The notes beneath the pieces were generated by a model, which saw only the letters and a program-made list of their open reading frames with translations, did no database searches and had not been told where the DNA came from. The position numbers were made by a program, and so were the translations under genes. A stretch of DNA of 64,000 nucleotides from Octopus bimaculoides (lineage: Eukaryota), in contig NC_069002.1 of NCBI RefSeq assembly GCF_001194135.2, positions 3,977,284 through 4,041,283 of the forward strand, in the 5' to 3' direction. Below, piece after piece: positions 52,370 to 64,000 of this stretch (positions are counted from its first letter, which is position 1; each line of letters starts with the position of its first letter).

Positions 52370-53574
52370 TTGTGTATACCTTTGTCTTAACATCATGAGA
52401 TGATTGTAAATGAGCATCACTGTCACATGAAAAATGCTGGTCATTTTCAGTCTTCCATAAAAAGATGTCTGGATGACCATGGGGAAAAATATTATCTTGC
52501 CTTGAACAGTTAAGGGTTGATGATAAAAAAGGTATCTGACCATAGAAAAAAAAAAAAAATCTGCCTCAACACATTACATCTGACCCATGCCAGCATGGAA
52601 AAGTGTGCGTTAAACAGTGATGATGGCCATTATGTGTGATTCCTTTTAAATCCTCAGTCAAACTCCTGTGAGAAACATTGACCTAGTGTTGATAACCAGT
52701 AGTCTTTCTTCAGGTATTTTTTTAGTCAAGAGGGGTCGTATAGCCTTGGGAAGATGGGGTAAGGAGTCACCTATAGTGCCTGGCTTATTTGCAATTGAAC
52801 CAGCTGTCATTTGCCCAAGGCTTTTGCTGTCAATAATATGAATATTCATTCAGTAACTGTGTGCAATGAAATGCCTCACCAAGCTCCAGGATTGAATTGA
52901 ATGGAGAGCTTTTGTGTGTGTGTGTGTTGTGGGAACGCAGTCTTCCTTTTCAGCTGCTTGCTCACAAAGAAGGGTCTTTTTTTTTGTTTGTTAATGGTTT
53001 GACTTTGTGTGTTTGTGTGTGTGTGTGTGTGTTTGTCTTTGTGTGTGTGTGTGTGTTTACTTCTTCCCACGAGAATTTCTCAAGACTTATCATAATTAAA
53101 TACAGCAGGAAGAAAAATAACAACAAACTACTGAAAATAAAGAAAAACAACAAAAACCGAAACTGATAAAAGATAAAAAATAAAAACATACAAACTATCT
53201 AGATTTTAAAAAACAACAACACACCTTAACTAAAGAAATAAGCGTAAAATAAGACAATGATGATGATGATGATGATAACGAACTTCTGATAGGGAGGATA
53301 CGGTTGATTTGTGTCTTTCCTTTATCTTTCTGACTTAAGATGATTGATAGATATATTTGTGTGTGTATGTATATGTATATAAATGTGTGTGTGTGTGTGT
53401 GTATATACAAGCATGTATATGTGATTACACATGACTGTTTATGTATCTCTGTATGTATATGTGTGTGCACAGATCTATCTATCTATATCTACACACAAAC
53501 ATATGCGTACATGTGTGTGAGTACATATGTGTGACTGTGTTTATGTATGTATCCATCCATCCATATCTCTCTCA

Positions 53575-53631
<57 letters not shown>

Positions 53632-54094
53632 AGTACGCACCCACACCCACACATTTCAGTGTTTATTTTTGTCCATAGCAACAAGAATTCAGTGAGTTGA
53701 TTAACTAGTTAAAACAACTATCTCCTCAGTTCAGTCCTCTTAAAATAGTAATTTTTCACTTGTCCATTCTCTCACTCTCTACTCTTTCTCTTTCAACCCA
53801 CTCTCTCACAGTTTCTTCTCCTTCTCCTCCATTTCATCTCACATTTTCTAGATCTGCCCCCACCCTTTTTCACTGTCTCTCTCTCTCTTTCTCTCCTCCC
53901 TTCTTCCTCTTTTTCATTCTTTCTATCTGTCTCCCTCCCACTTCTCTCTTTCTCCTACCTTCTCTTCATTTCTGTAACTCTTCCCTCTCGACTTCTCTCT
54001 ACTTCTTTTTCCCCCTTCTCACATTCTCTACCTGTGCAACCCCACCATTCACTGGATTTTACACAAGCTCTTAAAAGGGACATTATCATCAACA

Positions 54095-54370
54095 GGTATG
54101 GCTGTATGGTTAAGAAGCTTACTTCCCAACCACCTGGTCTTGGGTTCAGTTCCACTGCATGACACTTTGGGCAAGTGTCTTCTACTATAACTCTGGGCCA
54201 TCCAAAGCCTTGTGAATGAATTTGGTGCATGGAAACTGAAAGAAGCCCGTTATATATATGTATGTATAGTCCCACTATGTGACACCTTGGGCAAGTGTCT
54301 TCTACTACAGCGTCGGACTGATCAAAGCCTTGTGAGTGAATTTAGTAGATGGAAACTGAAAGAAGCCCGC
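54095..54370 (+). mobile_element. Tandemly duplicated SINE B
   Basis: ttgggcaagtgtcttctacta...ggaaactgaaagaagcccg occurs twice. Confidence 0.7.
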
Positions 54371-54611
54371 TATGTGCGTGCATGCCTTTGTATCTGTCCT
54401 TGTCTAGACATCACGTGATGTTTGTAAATGATCATCATCATCATCATCATCATACAAGTGGTGTCCTTCATTCCCAGTCTTTCGTGAAGACCTGTTTGGT
54501 CAGAGGGAAACGGGTGAGGGTTGGAAACAGGAAAGGCTTCCAGCTGTAGGAAAGCTGCCTCAACAAATTCCATATGACACATGCAAGTATCAAAAAGTGG
54601 GTGGTGGTTGA

Positions 54612-54645
<34 letters not shown>

Positions 54646-54656
54646 GTTATTATTAT

Positions 54657-54865
54657 TAAGGTGGTGAGCTGGCAGAATCGTTAGCATGCCAGGCGAAATG
54701 CTTAGTGGTATTTCGCCTGTCGCTACATTCTGAGTTCAAATTCTGCCGAGGTTTGACTTTGCCTTTCATCCTTTTGCGGTTGATAAATTAAGTACCAGTG
54801 AAGTAAAACTGGGATCAATGCAATCGACTTGTCCCCTCTACCCAAATTTCAGGCTTTGTGCCGAT
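54657..54865 (+). mobile_element. SINE (family A)
   Basis: aaggtggtgagctggcagaatcgttagcatgccaggcgaaatgcttag... after an (ATT)n tract. Confidence 0.8.
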
Positions 54866-55066
54866 AGTAGAAAGGATTATTATTATTATTGTTATTATTA
54901 TTATTATTATTATTGTTATTATTATTATTATTTTTACTTCTCAAAGCTTTCAATCTTACTTCCTGTCCACTTCTGTGAGAGTGGACAGCAACCTGTTGTC
55001 AAAGGTCTCACAGGGTCTTTCAGGGTCTTTCAGGGTCTCTTTCCACAAATAATAAGACTTAGTACC

Positions 55067-55099
<33 letters not shown>

Positions 55100-55642
55100 G
55101 GCGGCTATCTTCTGTTTGGTTTCCGTTCCCATCTTCACCTCTNNNNNNNNNNNNNNNNNNNNNNNNNNNNNNNNNNNNNNNNNNNNNNNNNNNNNNNNNN
55201 NNNNNNNNNNNNNNNNNNNNNNNNNNNNNNNNNNNNNNNNNNNNNNNNNNNNNNNNNNNNNNNNNNNNNNNNNNNNNNNNNNNNNNNNNNNNNNNNNNNN
55301 NNNNNNNNNNNNNNNNNNNNNNNNNNNNNNNNNNNNNNNNNNNNNNNNNNNNNNNNNNNNNNNNNNNNNNNNNNNNNNNNNNNNNNNNNNNNNNNNNNNN
55401 NNNNNNNNNNNNNNNNNNNNNNNNNNNNNNNNNNNNNNNNNNNNNNNNNNNNNNNNNNNNNNNNNNNNNNNNNNNNNNNNNNNNNNNNNNNNNNNNNNNN
55501 NNNNNNNNNNNNNNNNNNNNNNNNNNNNNNNNNNNNNNNNNNNNNNNNNNNNNNNNNNNNNNNNNNNNNNNNNNNNNNNNNNNNNNNNNNNNNNNNNNNN
55601 NNNNNNNNNNNNNATATATATCATCATCATCATCATCATTAA

Positions 55643-56193
55643 CCCCATAACATCGGTTGATGTAAATTTACTTGCGCTGTGTACTCGCTTTGAATGAGAT
55701 GACGAAAATATACACAGCCCTATCTGATGCAGTTTTGTACCTGTTTATACACCGGTTGATATAAATATCCGCTATCCTTCACAGAATCGATAACAGTGGC
55801 CACTGTGCAAATTTCAAGGAATCTGATAGGTTTTTTAGACTCTTCATGTAAAGATTTCCAAACTCAGTTTAAGACTTCATCACCATAATAGTATAAAAAC
55901 AGCAGTTTTGGTGGTTACACCACCATTTTCACGATGGCTTCCTATCAAATTCATACACATTCAGCAAATTCTTCTGATTCTTCACGGAATTTACAGTCGC
56001 ATCCAGCTATGCCAGTTTTGTTGAATTTATGGTCTTCTCAGTGATGACAGTTTACATAAATCAACAGTGCATTCTTTAGAGTGGTTGATGTAAATATACC
56101 CCGAGCTGTTGTCGTGTGCTAATTGCTGATCTCGGCCAAGATGATTGCTGTCAGTGCAACCTAGTTGCCTGATAAAAAACCATTGCTATGGGG
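55643..56193. mobile_element. piggyBac-type non-autonomous element (551 bp)
   Basis: TTAA|CCCCATAACATCGGTT ... AACCATTGCTATGGGG|TTAA, giving a TTAA TSD and an imperfect 16-bp TIR. Confidence 0.8.
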
Positions 56194-56339
56194 TTAATAT
56201 CATTTTAATGTCCACTTTCCCATGCTTGCATGAAATTGGTTGGAATTTATTGAAGCAGATTTTTTTTGTTAAAGAAGGATGAACTATGATTAAGCATTTT
56301 GCCTGGTGTGCTGACAATTCTGCCAGTTCACTGTCATTA

Positions 56340-57017
56340 ATAATGGTTTTAAATTTTGTCACAAGGGCAGCCATTTTTGGAGAGGGGACTAGTTGATTAC
56401 ATTGACCCCAGTGATCAACTGGTACTTAAGTTATTGACCCTGAAAGGATGAAAGACAAAGTCGACGTTGGTAGAATTTGAACTCAGAACATAAAGATGAA
56501 ATGCATTTTGTCCGGTGTGTTAATGATTCTGCCAGTTCACCACCTTAATAGTAATCCTTTCTACTGAAGGGAGAAGGCCTGAAATTTGGGGGAACGGGAC
56601 TAGTCAATTACATCGATCCNNNNNNNNNNNNNNNNNNNNNNNNNNNNNNNNNNNNNNNNNNNNNNNNNNNNNNNNNNNNNNNNNNNNNNNNNNNNNNNNN
56701 NNNNNNNNNNNNNNNNNNNNNNNNNNNNNNNNNNNNNNNNNNNNNNNNNNNNNNNNNNNNNNNNNNNNNNNNNNNNNNNNNNNNNNNNNNNNNNNNNNNN
56801 NNNNNNNNNNNNNNNNNNNNNNNNNNNNNNNNNNNNNNNNNNNNNNNNNNNNNNNNNNNNNNNNNNNNNNNNTTTACTGGTACTCAATTTATTGACCCTG
56901 AAAAGATGAAAGGCAAAGTCAATCTTGGTGGAATTTGAACTCAGAACATAGCGATGGGTGAAATGCCACTCAGCATTTTGTCCAGCGTGCCAACGATTCT
57001 GCCAGCTCACTACCTTA
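56340..57017 (-). mobile_element. Tandem SINE A copies spanning an N-gap, CpG-decayed
   Basis: Family A core at 56340-56550 and 56872-57017, with the start of another at 56550-56599. Confidence 0.7.
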
Positions 57018-57506
57018 ATAATGATAATAATAATGATTTGTCATTATACAAATACAACATAAGTGGATTACCTCCCAAGTTGCAAGACCAACCACCACCA
57101 CCACCACCACCACAATCACCACCACCAATACCACCATTGCAATAGCAACAACTACTAGACATCAATTAAATGAAATATCAACATGTAATTAATAGACGTT
57201 TTACAATACGTACAATAATAACCTGATTGGATTTAGCAAATATATGAACACATGTCTGTACACATTGATAAAGCTATTAGTCCTGGAGAAGACTACTGTT
57301 CATGGCTACGAGGACACCCATCCACAGGGTAGAGGTAAAACAAAAAACGGCAAACCCTGTGTAAATGTACCCAAGGATGATGGGGATGCTGAACTGAGGG
57401 CTCGTTATACATCATTGTCATTTAACATCTGTTTTTCCATGCTGGTATGGGATGGGCAGTTTGCCAGGAATTGGTGAACTGCAGGGCTGTGCACTCCAGC
57501 ACTGGT

Positions 57507-58061
57507 CCTTTAGCATTTGAGTTAGCCACATTTGGCCTAAATATTCTGTTTTATGTTCAAACTGGGTGGATCCAGCCTTTCACACTTACCTTACAATGAC
57601 ATTCTGTAATTGAACAATTACATCTGCGAAATCTTGAAGCTTCAAGATAATGCAGGATTTATTCAAAACAACATGAACAAGAGCACTCAGAGAGCGCAAA
57701 CCTCTGCCAAGGCAACACCAACGTCCCCTCAACGATTAGCCAGAGATGATTTTTAAAATGAGAATATCTGAAATAAACTCAACTGCTCTCACAAACGAAA
57801 ATACTGAAAATGAACCTGACTGCTCTCAAAAATTAAGTAAAAAAGCAGGAAAAATAATCCAGAATCCTTTTTCGGTACCAGATTGATCCCAAACTCTAAT
57901 CAGTTTGTGCCAGTCACGAGGCCAAACATCCGTGAAAGTTCCATCAAAATCCATCCAGCGGTTCTTGAGATATCTTGTCCACAGACAAACAAACACAACT
58001 GAAAACAATACCTCTGTCTTCGCTAAGGCTGAAGTAATAAATAAGCATTGCATTTGACAGA
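57507..58061. mobile_element. piggyBac-type MITE interrupted by a Helentron-like insertion
   Basis: cctttagcatttga...caaaacaacatgaa is homologous to 15592-15798 and resumes as taaataagcatt after 58037. Confidence 0.55.
57676..58037. mobile_element. Helentron-associated non-autonomous element (HINE-like)
   Basis: 5' aacaagagcactcagagagcgcaaacctctgccaaggc; 3' end has a degraded palindrome cctctgtctt-cgct-aaggctgaag-taa; internal short acaa repeats. Confidence 0.5.
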
Positions 58062-58390
58062 ATTGTTAGCACACCGGATAAAACACTGAGCAGTATTTGT
58101 TCTGGCTTCACATTCTGAGTTCAAATTCTGTTGAGGTTAACTTTGCCTTTCATTCTTTCAAGGTCGATAAAATAAAGTACCATTCAGGAACTGGAGGCCG
58201 ATGTAATCAAATAGCCCCTACATCTCCCGCCTGCTTGTTTGTTTTGAGATTCGTTGTTCCAAAAATGAATTATGTAGAAGAAAAAACAAAACAAAAAAAC
58301 AAACCATAATTTCTGTTTTTTTACTTTTTAGATTATTTCTGTTATTTATTTTCTTTTTTTTGTTTTTCTCTCTCTTCAGGATAAGCAAAA

Positions 58391-58606
58391 ATGGGAAGAG
58401 GCGGAGAGAACTCCGACACAACCTCGCCTAATCCCAACACTGACTCATCACAAAGATACTATTCCTGGGAGGAAATCAAGAAACACAACCAGAAAGAGGA
58501 CCGCTGGCTAGTTATAGACAGACAGGTTTACAATATAACAAATTGGTCTCAGCGCCATCCTGGAGGGAGTAAAGTGATTGGACATTATGCAGGACAAGAT
58601 GCTACA
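58391..58606 (+). CDS. FADS: Front-end fatty acyl desaturase (FADS1/2-like, probably the cephalopod delta-5 Fad), first coding exon, cytochrome b5-like domain; gene continues beyond window
   Basis: Acceptor ctcttcag ends at 58379, ATG at 58391. Translation [45 protein letters not shown] contains the HPGG heme motif. Phase-0 donor ACA|GTGAGT at 58606/58607 directly after AGQDAT. Regioselectivity cannot be read from this exon. Confidence 0.9.
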
Positions 58607-58684
58607 GTGAGTACTTGACATGCTTCTGCCTTTTTCTGTCTTCCTTTTTTTTTGTTCATTGGTTGTTGTAATGAAGGTACATAG

Positions 58685-59195
58685 TGGAAGCATGTGACCT
58701 AGTGGTTAAGGGTGTTGGATTCATGATCATAAGGTTGTGATTTCAATTCATGGACTGGGTGACATATTATATTCTTGAGCAAAACACTTCATTTCATGTG
58801 GCTCCAGCCCATTCAGCTGGCAAAAGGGACTAATCATGTAATGGACCAGCATTCTGTTTAGTGGGTAAATACATGTACATCGTGGAAACTATGAAGTTGG
58901 CCCTTACGAATCCATAGGGCTTGAGAAAGATGCTTTATGAAGGTACATCACCTAGTGTTTAGGGGGTTGCACTCACGATCTTACAATCATGGTTTTGATT
59001 CCTGGACAGGGCAGTACGTTGTGTTCTTGAGCAAAACGCTTCTCATGTTGCTCTGCGACCACTTTGACATCTGACATGTGGCATTCAGTGCACCTGTTTG
59101 GGTAGTGTTGATTTGATGGAGCGGGTGAGGTTATGTGCAGCACAAACAAATATTACCTGTGCAGGTTGTTCAGCAAGAAACTAGGAAACACTCAC
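58685..59195 (+). mobile_element. Two tRNA-derived SINE copies in desaturase intron 1
   Basis: tagtggttaaggg / tagtgtttagggg heads followed by ttcttgagcaaaacacttcatttcatg core; homologous to 8405-8720 and 24450-24640. Confidence 0.6.
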
Positions 59196-59232
59196 CTGTC
59201 TTTTATGACAGGAGAATCCCACTTCCATACTT

Positions 59233-59400
59233 CACTCAGTCACTGTCATACACCACTCAATCACTACCATACTCCACTCAGACACTGTCATACTCCACTC
59301 AGCCACTGCCACACTCCACTCAGCCACTGCCACACTCCACTCAGCCACTGCCACACTCCACTCAGCCACTGCCACACTCCACTCACCCACTGCCATACTC
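59233..59400 (+). repeat. 21-bp minisatellite (actccactcagccactgccac)n, about 8 copies
   Basis: Directly visible; central copies are identical and flanking copies diverged. Confidence 0.92.
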
Positions 59401-60679
59401 GATCCCTCACTTGCTAAGTAGGCACAAGCATGGCTGTATGATTAAGAAACTTGCTTTGTAACCATGTGGTTTTGGGTTCTATCTCACTGCATAGTACCTC
59501 GGGCAAATGTCTTCTACTGTAGCCCTAGGCCTACCAATGCTTTTTGAGTTTGATTTGGTTAATGGAAACAGTAGAGGGCCTCACTGATAATTCTCTAATT
59601 GGGCCCAGCACTTCCCAAGTGCTGGCCTTGAGTATAGAATAATATGACTTAGGCAAGAGTAAATATGGTAATTAATTCAGTTTGCCAACACAAGCTCCAG
59701 TTCTTCCTTGAGAATTTTCAGAACGATTGTGATCCGTGACGGAAAACAGTCACTGATTTACACTACACTACACTGATAGTCATCTTATCAGTGTCAGTGT
59801 CACTGATGTGTGTGGTTAGCCACCTCAACAAAACCCAGTTTTGGTTCATGTAATCCTTGTATATTTCACATAAATTAACATAAATTTATGACATTCAAGT
59901 CCATTGAGCACTTATGGTTTTGTAGCATAATATAAGCCATATGCGTGTGTGTGTGTGTGCCACCATCATCATCATTTTTAACGTCCACTTTTCAATGCTT
60001 GTATGGGTGAGATAGAGCTTATTGAAGCAATTTTTCTTTGGTTGGATGCCCTTTTTTGTTGTCAGCCTTCACCTGTTTCCAAGCAAGGTAATAGTGCAAG
60101 TATAGAACAGTTAAGTATTGGACAAGAAATAGTTGTAATCTTAGAAGTTATCTTGTGTAAACCCTAGGAGTACACATACCCTGGTTTGAGAACCCCCTGT
60201 TCCAGACTATAAAGAGCACTGACATTGTTTGTGCTCTTTGTCCAGTTATGGTCAAATCAGAGAATGTTAAACTTTAAATAGTCTTCCAAACAAAATGACT
60301 GCGTATGTGTGCATCTGTCTGTCTTTTTTTTCCCTTGTCCCCAAATGAACTTTCAGAGCTGAAACTGTTGCCTTCCACTGTAAGTTGACACCAGTCATCA
60401 GAAAACACTCTGATAGTTGTTTTAACTTAACCTTTAAAAAATGTCAAATGTGAAACTGTGGCTATATAAAGTTAGGCTGATTCTGTCTAGATTTAAAATT
60501 GAAACTTCATGTTCTTTACATTTATTCTTTTACTGGTCTCAGTTACTGGATCGTGGCCATGCTGGGGCACCACATTCACACCCAATTCCACTTCTTATTT
60601 CAGCCTGTTATTTATTTTATTGATCTGTGTTTATAGAAACGCTGTTGTGTTTTGACATCAACATTACAGAGATGGCCAT

Positions 60680-60830
60680 GTCGTTAAGAACCTCTCTTTG
60701 CTTGCAACCACGTGGTTTTGAGTTCAGTCCCACTGTGTGGCACCTTGGGCAAATATCTTCTGCTATAGCACCAGACAAACCAATCCCTTGTGAGTGAATT
60801 TGGTTGACAGAAACTGTGTAGAAGTCCATC
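60680..60830 (+). mobile_element. tRNA-derived SINE (family B)
   Basis: ttgagttcagtcccactgtgtggcaccttgggcaaatatcttctgctatag core. Confidence 0.7.
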
Positions 60831-60945
60831 ATACGTATGCACATCTGTCTGTTGGTCTGTTCCACCCCCTCCCCCCTCGCCATACTGATGCACATACACA
60901 CAGACAAAATCACACAGGCTCCTCACTTTACATGGTAGTTTGATT

Positions 60946-61019
<74 letters not shown>

Positions 61020-62871
61020 TGAAGTCAAGGTCCAAGGTGAATATGTGAGAAAGAATAGGGGAAAAGGGGACTGAAAAGGTGGGTTGGTAAGGTGTGCTAA
61101 GAGTAAAAAGAGTATTCTTTGTTTAGCATCTAATTAGTTCAGTTAAGTTATGAAATACAAGGCCTATTGTATATATATGTATATATCTATCTGTATGTGT
61201 GTGTCTTTAAAAAATAAGGACTGGGGTTAATTCATTCGACGAAAATTCTTCTAGGTGGTACCCAATATGACCTGGTTTTAATGCTATCGTGAAAGACTTG
61301 GTTGGAGGCCCAACCTTTTGAGATTTTTTACAGGGTTTAGAAAAACTGAAAGACTACTGCAGTAAGTGTGTGAATCTGAGAGGGGAATATTTTGAATAAC
61401 ATCATGATTAACTGATCCTCCTGTATTTTCTTTTATCCAAAGCCAGGAACTTTTTTGTCGCCCCCTTATACAGCTATTCATCTATTTACATATATGTATA
61501 TGTAGTGTTAGTTAACGTAAATTAACTGAAGTTAAAGACGGACCTAAACCTACAAGGCCAATTTGACAAGAGAATGCAAATAATTGACGCACATAAAGTG
61601 TGTTGAACAATCACAATGTTTAACGTTTCTTAGCTTTAAACTGTCATGTAGGAACATTTCCTGTCTAACAGTGATACAAGAAAAAACATTGAATGCCCTT
61701 GTAAAATAAGTCCAAATAGCACTGAGAGCTGTAGCCTTGCCACTGTTTCTGACACTGTAAAAATATAACCATGCGATGGCCTCTGACAACTCCCCGACAG
61801 AGGATAATGATCTGCAATATTGGCACAAGGCCACTTATCTACTTCAATCAACTCCAGGTCTTGACTTTTGCTTCATTTTATTATCATCCGGGTGAGGAAA
61901 ATGCTTGGTGGCATTTTATCTGTCTCCATGTTCATCATCATCATCATCCTTTATGCTGGCATGGGTTGGGTGGTTTGACAAGACCTGGCCAGGCAGGAGC
62001 CTGCACCGTGCTTCTGTGTCTGTTTTGGCATGGTTTTTACGGCTAAATGCCCTTCCTAACGCCAACTACGCTGCCCCTGGAATTGCTGGCCTTGTGCCAA
62101 AATTTGAAACCATTATCATTTGGTAGAATTATTACTATGTTGGAGGAAGTTTGTTTATCGTTTACTTATTTCAGTCATTTGGACTGTGGCCAAGCTGGAA
62201 CAATTCCTTGAAGGGTTTAGTTGAATTAACTGACACCCATTGCTTATCTTTTAAGCCTGGTTCTTAGACTATCAGTTTCATTTCCCCTGAATTGCTGTTA
62301 GGGGATGTAAACAAACCAACAACAGTTGTCATTTGGTGGGACAAACATAAAAACACAAAGACACATATGTATATATACATATCTACACACACACAGAGGA
62401 TGAGCTTTTGTAAGTTTCTGTCTACTAAATACACTCACCAGGCTTTGGTCAGCCTGGGGCTATAGAAGACATTTACATGCACACACGTATGCACACGTGT
62501 GTGTGTACGTGTGTGCGAATCTGTATATGGTTTTATGTCTTTTTTATAAAGATATATGTTTATATCTTTAGACTGATTTATGACCTGGCCCACAGCCTGC
62601 TATCATCAGTCTGCTCTACGTTCTTCTTCCTCCTTTTATTTATCTGTCTTTTCTTTTTTTATGATTTTACAAACTTTCTCTTTTTGTTCTTTCCCTTTTC
62701 CCCTCTCTCTCTCTCTCTCTCTCTGGTCGCAAATATTTGGTTCTGTGAGAGCATGTCCTTGTTCAGGTTTGGTGCCTGATATTTTATGTGACATGTGATG
62801 TTGATCATTCGCATAATGGGGCAGTGGCGAATGTGCGCACGCGCACATGTGTGTGTGTGTGTGTGTGTGTA

Positions 62872-63210
62872 TACAGGGTGCGGTGAACATATTGTCAGTT
62901 TAAATTAGGCAAAAATGAAAATAACACTGACATCTCCTCTTAACAGATATATTTACCAAAGTAGGGGTGATGAGGTCACAGAAATAGTCTGACAGCCATG
63001 AATGGGCTCTTCTGCTTGTGTGGCATGATGCAGAGTCCTGTTGCCAGACATATAGAGTCTTCCAGTAGTCACCCTCTTCACCCAGGGCAGCACTACCTCC
63101 TCCAGGTATTTGATGTAGACTTCTGTGTTGAGTCTGAGTCCATGTGGGAAGATATATATATGGTCAAAGAAATTCCCCTTTCTAAAAGAGCTGTTATCAC
63201 TGACCAACCA
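62872..63210 (-). mobile_element. maT/mariner remnant with terminal repeat
   Basis: FPHGLRLNTEVYIKYLEEVVLPWVKRVTTGRLY on the minus strand; nucleotide similarity to 41270-41710; TA|CAGGGTGCGGTGAAC terminus at 62872. Confidence 0.8.
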
Positions 63211-63836
63211 ATCTTACTCTGGCAACATAGGATCTGCCTTGACCAACAGCAGCCTATTTTCCAGTAGCCGTCTTGGACTTCTACCTTTGTTTCTTCATTC
63301 AGTAGTCTAAGAATGAAATAGATGGGTTTCTGGTAGGAGCTTATGGAACTTTGAGTCCCAAGGGGCTGAATCAAACCATTTTAAATAATATAATGTGTGC
63401 GTGTCTTGGCATTTGTAGTAGCTTGACAAAAGAGACTGATGGAATTAGTATCAGACTTTAAAAAAAAGAAGTACGAGGGATGTGGTGTGGAGGTGTAGTG
63501 TGGGGGTGAACTTGTTTGGCTAAACCTTTCAAGGCAGTCACCCCTACCACAGCCTGGCCTGCAGTCCAGCGACTGAATGCAAGTTGAAGAAGAAGATGTG
63601 CACTTATGTCAAGGGTATGGCGTGCATGAGTGAAAGGGTGAGTAGGAGATGATTGTGATGTTGAAAGATGACAATGGCGGCGGCAGTGGTGGTGGTGGTG
63701 GTAGTGGAGGAGTAGGAGTAGATGTTCTGTATAGTGTTTGTTTGATTGTCAGAAACATTTCAGAAACTTGATGTGGTTTGCTATTATTGGAGTATTATAC
63801 GATGTGTGTGTATTTAGAGGATGAGACAGTGAGAGA

Positions 63837-63919
<83 letters not shown>

Positions 63920-64000
63920 TGAGAGAAAACAAATGAACACATGTAAAAAGTATGTTAGTTGTATTTGACTTTATTTTGTTGAATTTTGTCAGGAGCCAGA

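Noticed and set aside
7368-57010. Long ORFs containing X runs
   Set aside because: They are artefacts of translating N-gaps.
59233-59400. CRISPR-like array
   Set aside because: The repeats are contiguous with no unique spacers, and the context is eukaryotic.
63975-64000. Acceptor-like ttttgtcag|GAGCCAGA as desaturase exon 2
   Set aside because: It would read E-P rather than the expected E/D-A-F, and only 8 nt are visible. Unresolved; check the next window.

Overview
AT-rich, microsatellite- and SINE-dense animal genomic DNA with 11 N-gaps. The repeat families and gene content suggest an octopus or other coleoid cephalopod (inference, not a database result). Two host genes can be supported. 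(1) A two-coding-exon + strand gene (5611-6274 joined to 9112-10151, 567 aa) encoding a CNPase (2',3'-cyclic-nucleotide 3'-phosphodiesterase)-like protein. Its N-terminal N4BP2/T4-PNK-like P-loop kinase domain looks intact. In its C-terminal 2H domain both catalytic HxT motifs appear replaced (H->Y, T->V/L), and the domain is split by a ~185-aa acidic insertion carrying an NLS-like motif. This is the most interesting object in the window. (2) The first coding exon (58391-58606) of a front-end fatty-acid desaturase (cytochrome b5 domain, HPGG); the rest lies beyond the window. The remainder is mobile DNA: several tRNA-derived SINE families, RTE, Tx1/L1-like and Hero-like LINE remnants, maT/mariner and hAT remnants, piggyBac-type MITEs, a Helentron-like element, fold-back MITEs, a clean 270-bp solo LTR, and tandem repeats. 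CpG decay in SINE copies appears to mark the two gene bodies. Most short ORFs in the supplied track are microsatellite or N-gap artefacts. All family assignments come from recalled motifs and need HMM or Dfam confirmation.
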